From positions 2,574,987-2,638,986 of the forward strand of contig CAJFCJ010000012.1 of NCBI GenBank assembly GCA_904063045.1: a DNA stretch of 64,000 nt. The letters run 5' to 3'. This stretch comes from Dimorphilus gyrociliatus (Eukaryota; Animalia; Annelida). Position numbers and translations under genes: made by a program. Below, in pieces: positions 13,502 through 24,356 of this stretch (the stretch's first letter is position 1; each line of letters starts with the position of its first letter). The notes beneath the pieces are model-generated. The model worked only from the letters and a program-made list of their open reading frames with translations. It did no database searches and had not been told where the DNA came from.

Positions 13502-13983
13502 TTTCCTTATTGTTAAGCTTTTACCAAAGTGACTTATTCGTAAACAGTTTTGGCTATTTAAACGTTTTCCATCTGTCGAAAGAATCATAGGCAAACAACC
13601 AAAAACGAACGAAATCGATAAATTACCCAGGTAAAAAAGGAGGAATAACCTAAAAAGAGAGAGAGAGAGAGAGAGAGAGACTATACGTCCGTATCCGTGT
13701 GGGTATGGGATACATATATATACTGTATATACACACACATACACACATACACACACATAAAAACGTATTTATGTGTTCGGAGAGACTTTTATACGTTATA
13801 TAAAAACTTATAATAGATGGGGAAGAGTTTATAAGTTTCAGTTAGGCTTACGTAAACAAAAATATCCACACCAACCCCAAAAACCAATAAAAGTAAAGCG
13901 TATATCAATACAGAGTATTTAAAGAATCTTTTTTAAAATTCACTTCTTGTTCAGCTTTCCAACTGTAAAGTCTATTAGGAGAG

Positions 13984-15295
13984 ATGGGAGAAAAGGATAT
14001 GACACTCTTTCGTATATTTCTCTTATCTCTTCTTATCTTTAATAAATATTTAAGCAGTACTGCAATGAAACCAGCCTGTCCTCCGTTCGAGTGTCTACAG
14101 CCAAACTATTCAATATGCGAAAATTTCTCTATTGAAACTAATGAATCGATGAAAATATGTGGATTAGAAGATTGTTGGAGGAATAGAACTATAAAATATC
14201 AATTTCATATTCGATCGCAAACGTTACAGAATCTTTCGATCTACTTTCATCCAGAATTTTTTAAATGTTTACACAATTCAAGTGTAAAAATTCAATCTAG
14301 AGAGGATATTGATGAAACTCGGTATCCAATAACTACTTTATCGAAAACTTACTGCTCAAGTATATCATCTCGTAACTTTGTTATGGAAGTTTATCTCAAC
14401 ATTAGTTGTTTGACAACGAATTCCTATTCCCTTCAAATTCTTTACGGTTAGTCTTAGCATACGATTTCTGAATATATTCTCATCTCGTACACTACTACAC
14501 CAATCCTTTTATTTTTTTCCTTTTTCTTAACTCTTCTCGTCCTCTGTGCCTGTCTTTTTGTCAGTATATCTATCTTTCTTTCTCTGTCTCTCTGTCTCTC
14601 TCTCTTTCTCCCTATCAATCTTGTAGTTCTTCTTACTTCCCCTACATAACCCACTATATTCGTCCTTTCCCGTTTCTTACCATAAGTGGCACTGCATTAG
14701 TTGCCACAAGTAATTTACATATCCTTTTCGTCAAACAGGCGGTGATTTTATGCAAGTTTCGAGCAGCGTAACCCTTATAAAATATGACGATTTACCTGAC
14801 AAAATAACTTTGCCACAAACGAAAGAACTATGGGATATTCCTAATATTGCACTCCTTTGTATTGGAATTTTTCTACCAACAATCACCATCCTTCTATTCA
14901 TTTTATACTATTGTTCAATGCGACGCAAGATTAGGAAAATGAAAAATGATCAAACGCCCAAATCGCCTTTGACAAACTATTACGATGCTGTTGGAAAGCA
15001 CGATTATATATCAACAATAGACGTTGAGAAAAAGGTTAATGACTCGAAAGTTACATCGAATCGACAGTCCTACATATCCATTTCGGACGTTGAAGAAGGT
15101 AATAAAAATGCAAAGTTAGAAGAAACGAATACGGATAAAGGAGAAATGGAAAATTATGAAAACGATCAATCAAGTACGGCGAGCTCTTACTATGACAATG
15201 CTCCTCAAATGAGATCAAAAACTGTTCAAGTTGATGGATTGTCAATAGGAGGATATTCATTATTGAATTTGTCCTCTGCAAATGGTCGTCTATGA
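13984..15295 (+). CDS. Orphan type I single-pass membrane protein (signal peptide, Cys-rich glycosylated ectodomain, Tyr-rich cytoplasmic tail), ~339 aa
   Basis: Exons 13984-14446 and 14739-15295 join in phase 1 (G|GC). Signal peptide MTLFRIFLLSLLIFNKYLSSTA; 8 Cys and 7 N-X-S/T sequons in the ectodomain; TM helix IALLCIGIFLPTITILLFILYYC followed by the stop-transfer sequence RRKIRK. Confidence 0.82.
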
Positions 15296-16316
15296 AAAGC
15301 ATCTAGTCCTTGTGACGACTACATAAATTAGTCAAAGCCTTTAATGAGTTAAAGTTCTCTTTTTCCTTACGTCCTTCTCTCCCTTTCTCTCTCTCTCTCT
15401 CTCTCTCTTCCTCTCACCGAGTTCTGAAAAAGATTTTTACCAAAGAGAAACAAAACTGTATTACTATTATTTCTACTTGGAAGGATATGAATAATTTCCC
15501 CATTCCAGGAAAAGAGAAGATTTGCTATTTATCAGCAAAAATTTAGTTACTAATAATCATCTATTCTTCCTAGGAACTATTATAAAAGTTCAATGAACTT
15601 TGAACAATATTAACTCACTACTTTTACATAAGTTTTTGAACTATTGTACCAGATAAAAACTGCTGACTTTTACAAAAGTTCAGAGAGAGAGAGAGAGAGA
15701 GACAAACCTAATGATGATTTAGCATTTTTTTTATTCTCCCGTTAGAGTTTAAGTTTATGTTTGTAAAATCTTATTTATATTACAAACGCTTTTCTTTCAG
15801 CAGTTTGTTTAAAAGCTCGTTTATTCAACGTTCAAGCATTCTTTCATTTGTTTTTTTTGTTGTTTGTTTCTGTTCTCATGCTTTTTCTTAATTAATAATG
15901 ATAAATAGACATAATTAAGCCTAATGTTGAGTATACTGCCTACCACGATGACAATTGAATATTTATATGTCGATTAAGGAGGACAATGGCAAATAGAGTA
16001 TTTATAAATATAAACTGTTAATTATCTAAATAGCATGTGCATATTGTGGCCAAACTTTCGTACTTTAGGCCAAAAAAGCTGGCGTTAGTATGTAAATAAA
16101 GTGTCTAGTTGATTAAAAGTTCTCTTCTATTGTTTTTTAAGCTTAAAGTTTTTCTTAGTTTTCTTCTTCTTTCTTCTCTTTATAAAGCTTTCGTTCTTTC
16201 TTTGTTTCTTCCTCGTCCTCCTCTTCTTCTTCTTCTTCTTTTTCTTCCTCTACTTCTTATTCTTTTTCCTCTTCTTCTCTTCTTGCCAAGACTAATGTCT
16301 CTTTGTCTCAGCCAAC

Positions 16317-18254
16317 ATGGAAATCGTCATGCAAAGATACGATTTAAGGATATGTTTACAGAGTGCTAAAGGGGTAGGTTTGAATAGGGGCCTCTTTTCC
16401 TGTACGTCTTTGCGTATATGGTTCAGCAGACGAGCTTATTATAGCCTAACTGATAAAATAATGAGTCTAGGCCCACTATAGATGTATAAAAACTGGCTTT
16501 TCGGCCAGTATTAACAATTTATTTCTTCTTGCTGCTGGTCAATCGATTCTTCATTTAGCATTCTACTAGAGAGATGGAAGCTGCTTTTGGAACATCCCTT
16601 CTCCTCCTGATTTTCTCAATATCATCCATTTCCAGCGCTTCCCGGCCCATTAGCTTTATGAAGGAAATGTTTATTGGGAGATGCGAATATTATCAAAGGG
16701 TGCTACATAGACGTTCGTTTGAGAGGTCGGTTCATCTTTTTCTATTCCTGTTATAGCTTTATGTATAGTGTATTTTAATGAGGTTATAACCTATAAGGTT
16801 TATATACGGGTCGTATTTATATTCTTATTGTAATATATACAGTGAATGTACTAATGTAGACTTATGGATATTTCTATGCATCCTACTAGTCGTCCGTCTG
16901 TCTGTCCTTTTATCTCTATATGATGTACATATAGTATGTATTGTAAAGTATATGGGGATTTCATTTCATTTAATATTAACAATTCTCCTATCAAATTAAT
17001 CTTTTTTCTTGTCTTTCATATTGTTTTCCCATTTTTAACATTTTCATATTTAACAATACAGACAACTCGTCGATTGTAGTTCCTATTGGAATCAGTTTTA
17101 CTCCATTCAAAATCAAGATAAATGCGCTTGGAGTATGGATGATTATGAGCCGTTAACTAATATGATTAAGCTCGATATACCGAAAGATAAGGGTGTACTA
17201 TGGAGTCAGACCGGAGAGTTTGTTTCGAAGATTACATTTCAAGGATACAGACTCCATTCAATCGCCAACTCTTTGATAGGCTTGTAAACACTTTATCAAT
17301 TGTTGAGTTGCTTATTTCTCTCTTTTTTTTATATATAGGCTATCCTTTGGATGCAGTTTTCTGGTGTAGCGAAAACAAAGGACGAAGCTCGCCTTGTTCT
17401 CAGAAATGTAACGACTGCGATGCTTTACCATTTTCAATGAGAAATATCAAATATTGTGGTATGAGCAAAAGTATGGGTAGTTTCTGGGACCAGGCTTCAA
17501 AATTGGTAATTAATTTTTAAGCGTTTGTGCAACCGTTATCCTTCTCCATTTCGAATGAATACTCAGTTTGATCCTCGTTTTCTTTTTGTACTCTTTACTA
17601 GTTTGCCAGCTCGTTAACTGGTCGTGTTAGCGTTCTTTTGAACAATACTAACTGGAGAACCGTAAATGGCAAACTGCGGCCTCTTTATCCGTACTATAGC
17701 GGGACGTAAGTAAAATAATTTGCATGTAATACGTCTAGTGAATTACTTGAGCTATCGCCAACAAATTCGTGTCTGCAGAACCTTTGGCAGAGTAGAATTA
17801 CACGCGCTGAATGAGCGTGAAGTAACCGTACTACAAGTGATACTCGTCCAAAAACCAGGGATGGACATAACGTAAGGGAGCGTCTCTTTTCGTTAATATA
17901 TAAAAATATTTTATTCCTATTTGTATTTATTTATTCTATCCATACTCCTAATATGGAAATAATGTAATAAAGTATTTATGCACTTCCTCTTCTTCTCTTC
18001 CCTATAGCGAAGATTGCACAGGTAAAAAATCTCTGTACCAAATAAAGAAGGCAGTCGAGAAAAAAGGAATTAAATACGAATGCATAGTTAATCCTCCATT
18101 TATTAAGTATATGCTTTGCGTCGACAATCCAGAAGCACTAGAATGTAAAGGGTTACAATACGGCCAACAAAGAAGCAGTTCGAGCGCACACTCGGACGCG
18201 ACAACCATTGTAGGTAATTACCTGTGCATACTCACCCTGGCAGTTGGCGTTTTA
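16317..18254 (+). CDS. CD38/BST1-like: ADP-ribosyl cyclase / NAD+ glycohydrolase (CD38/CD157 family), 7 exons, ~350 aa, C-terminal GPI-type signal
   Basis: Exons 16317-16373, 16559-16725, 17062-17279, 17339-17505, 17602-17705, 17779-17871, 18008-18254 (TAG), totalling 1053 nt in frame. Motifs: FIGRC, DYEPL, GVLWS (W125 equivalent), GYPLDAVFWC, SFWDQAS (W189/S193 equivalents), TFGRVEL (catalytic E226 equivalent), C-terminal CVDNPEALEC, then a hydrophobic tail. The intron at 17280-17338 requires a GC donor. The upstream exon at 16317 is less certain than the start at 16574. Confidence 0.92.
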
Positions 18255-18466
18255 GGGCGAATATGCTCAACATAACGCCGATTTATTGACCCACTAAACA
18301 ATGGAAGGATGGGCAGAAAACTGGCGAAGCGACTGGATGTTTAAATGAATAAACGAATGAATGAATGAATGAATGAATGAATGAATCGTTAGAAATACAC
18401 TAAACATGAGAGAAATAATAATCGTAGTAATGATACTATTTGAGCATTCAATGACTCTAAAGAGGC

Positions 18467-18497
<31 letters not shown>

Positions 18498-20137
18498 TGA
18501 GAAAGAGGAGAAAAGACTATAGAATGTATCTTATTAGAGAATTGTATCTTTTTTGCTTTTAATGTTGTTAAAAAGAGATTAAATAAAGAGAATGGCTATA
18601 AATTCGAGTGTAAAAATCGTTTTGTCAGGTACATGAATAAATGGAAAAATAAGAGAGTAAATATACTTTGGAATTCAATATTATTGTCCCGCAAAGTGCA
18701 GAACAAGATATATAAAATAACTCTTTTTTTAGTATTGTTTTTATTACCTTTTTGTCTCTAAAGAGCCTTGGGCAAGTAAAATATATTTTTTACTTGGTCC
18801 CATTCAGACAACTCCCAACACCGTCACATCAAAAAAAAGAGAAATACAAAAAAAAAGAATATACAAGATTTAAAAAAGAAACAAATAATAAAAAAAAATG
18901 TTGACTCCTCTCTTTCTCTTTCTCTTTCTACAAGGAAAAACAAGAATTATAATCATTTATATTATAACGAGTTACAAAACTAGAACGACAAAATTGATTA
19001 AAATGCACGTCGTATTGATAATAAACAACCAAAAAATTGACAATTTCCAAACGCTCTTCTCTCCCAGGAAATGGAGAGAAAACAAAAACTAAACTGATAT
19101 TATCAATGAAAAAGAAAAACAATAACTTTGTAAATTCATTGAGGAAAAAAAAAATAATACTATCTAACCAATTTGATGTTCTATTGTTAAGTTTCTCCTC
19201 TTTTTTTTTTTTTAAGTATTATTTTATCTAAAGATTCTCTTTATCACTTCTCGTATCACAAAAAAAATATACATAGTATTTGAATAAACTTTTTTCGATA
19301 TTTATCTCATTTACAGCAGGTTAAAATAGATTTTAATTTATAGTTCAAAGAGAAAGAAAAAAAAGGCAAAAAAATTAACTTTTCTTAAAGATAACTCAAA
19401 TGATAAGTCTAGTTTTAAAGAAAAAGTATTTAGAATACTCTATAGAAATTCTATATATATATATATATATATGTTATATATTATATATATATATATATAT
19501 AAAATATACTTTTATACATCTCGAAAGACCTATGCTTACAACTAACATGTATACTTCTTATATACGCACATTTTTCGATTGGAAAATCCTTAACTTTCAA
19601 TGTTGAATATTTTCTCTTCCTTTCCCATTTAATTTATCTAACCAATCCTTTTGTATATATCAAGAAGAAAGATATTGATAGTTTTGAAAATGAGAACAAA
19701 AAGTACAACAATATAGGGTGTATATATAATTAGATATATATACAGCAAGATGGTTATAAATTTACATAGTGTGTTAATCTTGTTGTAACCTGCCGCACAC
19801 AACACATTTAATGAACTAACAAAAATTTTGAGACCAAAGGCAAACCTTGTGCTTATAGATCATAAATAAACAAATTTACATAGAATTTTTCTGAAAATTG
19901 AAAATTTTTTTAACATTACCGAAAACACGATATCTGTACAATTTACAAAAATGAATGATCCTAAAAGTTTCTTTTTTTTTTATAGCAAATTTTTTTTTCT
20001 GTAACTACTAGGTTATTATACCTCTCCTCGTAAGTCATATACAAGATAATTTACAAAATTAAGGATCAATATGCAAGAATGGCTGTGAACCAATTGTTCG
20101 GTTTGGAGCAGATGAAAAATGTCTAAAATCAGTTTAA

Positions 20138-22068
20138 TTATTGGAGCCTCTCCATGTTATTTCCCATCTGTTTTTCTGGATTCACCATCTTTTGGCGAGC
20201 TTCCCTACGTCCCTCTTCTTTATGGTCAAACTCGCATATGTGCTGTTCGGGGAGGCGATGTAATTGACAAAATACTTTCCCACATTTACATCTACCAATT
20301 TCTCGAAGGGCCGGGTTCAGTTTGATACGGCATTCGTTACAACGCTTTTTTAATACACTTTCTTTCTGATTTGTTGATGTTGTGCTTGGTATACTGTAGA
20401 AAAAAATAAATACATATCTCTTATGTTTATGCAAATACAGTATAATATAATTATATATATATCCTAACTATAAGTCACAAATATATCAAATATATGCAGT
20501 ACTCTTATTACGAATTTTGTGATATACTTTAAAATATTTGGTTAATTGTGCTATGGTAGTGTTAAATACCTTTCACTAGCACCAATTTTTGAATCATCCA
20601 GAGATTTATTTTCTACGTTATTATCCTTCTCGCCTGTTTCATCTTTTTGTTGAGTGGTTTGTTTATCATTTTCTTCTTTCTCTTCTTCTTTTTCTTTGGT
20701 ATTATTAATTTCTTCTTTGGACACATTACAGTCTAGTTTTATTCTTTTTTCGGGGTTCATTTGACCCCCTAGAGGTGATTCCATATGGCGTTTTCCTACA
20801 TCGGAAGAAGTTGGGCGAAGAGCGTCTTCGCTGCATGTTCTAGGCGTTTGAGCTGGTTCTGAGGTTTCCTGTCGTTCTATTAGACAAAGAAAAATGAAAT
20901 AATTTTTAATAATACGCCTTTTAATTAAAACTTTTTTCTATCTATCTATTTGTCTATCTACGAATGTACTTATACATATATATGTATATAAAGCATATAG
21001 TCTACATATTGCTTCCTCTCTAAATCAGATATTTTTAAAGATCTATTCTTCTATCCTGATTAAAAAAATGCAAAATATTAAACATTTATATCGTTTAAAG
21101 AAAATCTATCGTTTTATCATATTGTTGCAGCGCGAAAGCATTTCATCAAAAATACTTTGAAAAGACGATAAATCTTAATAGCCAAAACTTTAATATCCTT
21201 AACATAAATGCTTGTTTTAAATGTATAAATAATGAAGAAAATGTTTTATTACATTAAAAGAAAGAGAATAAAGTAGAAAAACCATAATTGCCCTCTTTGT
21301 GTAATAGAAACACTCAAAGTATTCGGGTAAGAGTTAAATCCAGTACTTTCTAAAAAGAAAATTAGGTTGCTGGTTTTTTTAGGCGGTTGAGGAAAAGAGG
21401 AAAAAGAATTATAATTTGCCTCTAAGTATAAATATACATTTAAAAGTAGAACAAGTGTTCATATTTTATAGGTTAAAAGTACTTAAACGAACTTTATTTG
21501 CGTGGCATTTTTTAGTATCCTTTGATTAAAAAATATGCGAACGAATTAAGGAACAAAGCGAATGCTAATTTTTTAGTATTTGAAATTTGTTTTTTCGTTA
21601 CGAATTAAAAGCTTTCTTTATAGAATGTTTAGTTGAATTCCTCTTGATACTCCATCACTAATTATACTATTACCCTTTTTTTAAAGACTAATTTTTTTTC
21701 TCTCCCTTTATATATAATACAATGCTTATAATTCCATGATAATTCAGGCTTTTGAAATAATTTAATAAGAAGTATTTTCCGTATTGATATTCACAGCGCA
21801 TGCGCGACCTGATATTCACACTATGCACAAAACATAATAAAAATCAACGAAATGCAACAAATGACTATTTAAAAGCCCATTATACAAAAAGTACAGCTGC
21901 CGCACAAAATTTACCTTTAAAACATTTCGAACAAAGGCCGGCCGTCGCCTCAGAACTGAAACATTAAATAGTTTAGGCCTATCGAAGTAGGATAAGAATT
22001 TATGAACAAGATTTTTACCCCCAAAATCCGCAAGGACATCTAGGTGGTTGACTTCCTGAATCAGCCAT
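20138..22068 (-). CDS. ZFAND3: AN1-type zinc finger protein 3 (A20 + AN1 zinc fingers), 4 exons, ~217 aa
   Basis: Exons 22068-22019, 21955-21915, 20876-20570, 20393-20138. The N-terminus [29 protein letters not shown] and the C-terminal [36 protein letters not shown] match ZFAND3 signatures. Confidence 0.95.
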
Positions 22069-22803
22069 GTCATGAAATCATTCTTGACAATTGACTTTAA
22101 CGAAAATTCGATATGAAAAAATGTAGTCTAACGCTGGTACGGTAAACTTTCCGTAGCCCGTCCGTTCTTCCTTGAATATGGCGACGTTTTTACGGGTAGA
22201 ACTAAATACGAGTTGGGGTTACGCCTATGCGCTTTGGTTTCTATTTTAACGAAAATTGATCAATCACCGTGAAAATGATTATAAAAGTAGATAAATTCCG
22301 CTAATAATTTGAAGGCTTCAACGAATCATTTATTAAAGAGTAAATTATATTTTTTATTATAAAATATTCTTAGAAAATACGTACGTCCTCTACGAAGTTT
22401 ATACGATAATAAATTGAACTTTCGCGTAGGTGATTACAAAACTGTTTAAAGTTTATTTTTTAAATTTCCAATAAAAAATGTTAAAAACGATATTTAAATA
22501 AATAGTCGTCATGTATTGAATAAATTTGGTAGTTAATTAAACTAAAGGGGGAGATAACTAAGAATAAACTCTTCTACCACTAAGCGGTTAGAGATACTCG
22601 TTTTAAGTTAATGATACTTTCAACAAGAAACAGATGTCGCTAGTTTTTTCAAAAAAGATAACATTTAACATCTGCAAGTAGATCTTATATGAGAAATAAT
22701 ATATAATTTTTTTCTTTGGCTGTTATCTAGGATAAATTGATAAAAAGTTATTTACAATGTTAAGGTCAAATTCGGTGCGCGTGCGCGTTAGAAAAAAATT
22801 AAC
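22069..22803. promoter_or_regulatory. Bidirectional promoter shared by ZFAND3 and PACS
   Basis: The two ATGs are head to head, 735 nt apart. Contains CpG-rich patches, YY1-type AATATGGCG (22175-22183), NRF1-like TGCGCGTGCGCG (22776-22787), and AACATGGCGG (22801-22810) overlapping the PACS ATG. Confidence 0.6.
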
Positions 22804-23923
22804 ATGGCGGAGAAAAGCGGCAGAACGGATTTTACAGGCATGAAACCAGTACGGATGAAGCTCTTTGCTAATTTTGATATAGACAAAAATACATCAAATT
22901 GTATGCCTAGGTAAGTCAATGATTGTTGCATTTTCGATCGTTTTTTTGGTAAAAAATCAAAATTGTTTTTGTTCCTCAAATCTGAGCATCAATAGATAGA
23001 TAAACAGATAGAGAGTGTAAGGGAGGGTATGGAAGAGGAGATTGAGGGGATTAGAAAAAAGAAACAAAGAAACAAAGAAAGAGAGGGTAAGAGAGATAAA
23101 TAATTAGGTAAAAACAAATAACTAAATAAGACTGTTAGTGAGGGAGATAAATAGGTAAGGGATAATCCTTCTCAGGTGAATTACTTGAAATCCTTAAATG
23201 ATAGACTTATAAAATGATATTTTATATTGCATTGCAGTAATATATATTAAAAGCCATAATATAGACTAAATGTGGCGCAAAAATTATAGGTAAATCGCAA
23301 TAAAAAAGAGTTAAATTCAATATGAATCATTCTGAAATGTAAATTTTCGCTTGAATGAAAGAAAAAACAAGATGAGGGGAAAAGGGGAGGGGAAGGAGGA
23401 AAAGAAATGAATAAAAAACATACTATAGTAAAGAGAATTATTTAAGTATTAGCCTATTTATTTATCTATAAATCTATCTGTCTATCATCTTTTTTTCTTA
23501 TTGTAATCAATATTTCAAATAGAAATTATAGTTTAATTTATAGCAGGAGAGAGAGAGAGGGAATTACGGATTGTATCGTACGTTCTCTCTATCAAATATT
23601 ATAATAAGACTTTTCTTTTTTAACTAAATAACTACCTTTTGGAGAGTAAGAACATTACAGCAAAAATCGAATTTCTCCTCATTTAAAGTCTTTAAAAAGC
23701 AAAATATTGTTCTTCATATATCCGATTTCTGCTCTCTTCTCTATTATTCGAAAAGCTTAGAGACTCCTTTATACTATGGTACATCGTTTTTCCAAGAACG
23801 CAAAGAAAGATAGTGTATTTACAAAATATGAACAAAAACTTGCATTTTCCCTTATTCGTCATAATAGATGGTATACTCTTCTTATTGAAAGTTGTTTATA
23901 TACACAGAAGCACGCATATATAT

Positions 23924-23971
<48 letters not shown>

Positions 23972-24313
23972 GTTTTAATGTACAACAAACGAAAAAATGA
24001 TAACAATTGCCTTTTATCAGAGAGAGAGAGAGAGAGAGAAAGAAAGGAAAAAAGAAAAAACAACAAAAAACTTTATCTTTATAATTAGAGAATCCTGTTT
24101 TTCAAATAAATAGTCTCCTTTATCAAAAAAAAAAAACAGTTACTATTTTATCCTTGAAAATAATACGAATAATAGAAAAAATTGTAAAAGCACGCGTATA
24201 CGTATGCTCATTTGTATATAAACATTATCAACTTGTTTTTTCTCATTAAATTCTTCTTAGAAAAATAGGGAGTTATTAACACTTTACCATAAATGCCACA
24301 CCCCCTCTCTCCT

Positions 24314-24356
<43 letters not shown>

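Noticed and set aside
16109-16310. Leu/Phe-rich TM-like ORFs here and at 11279, 28101, 33251, 48400, 53410 and 58666
   Set aside because: They are translations of CT/T-rich intronic or intergenic tracts, not real membrane proteins.
21816-22073. 85-aa minus-strand [11 protein letters not shown]...
   Set aside because: It is the wrong frame over ZFAND3 exons 1-2; the true frame gives [10 protein letters not shown].
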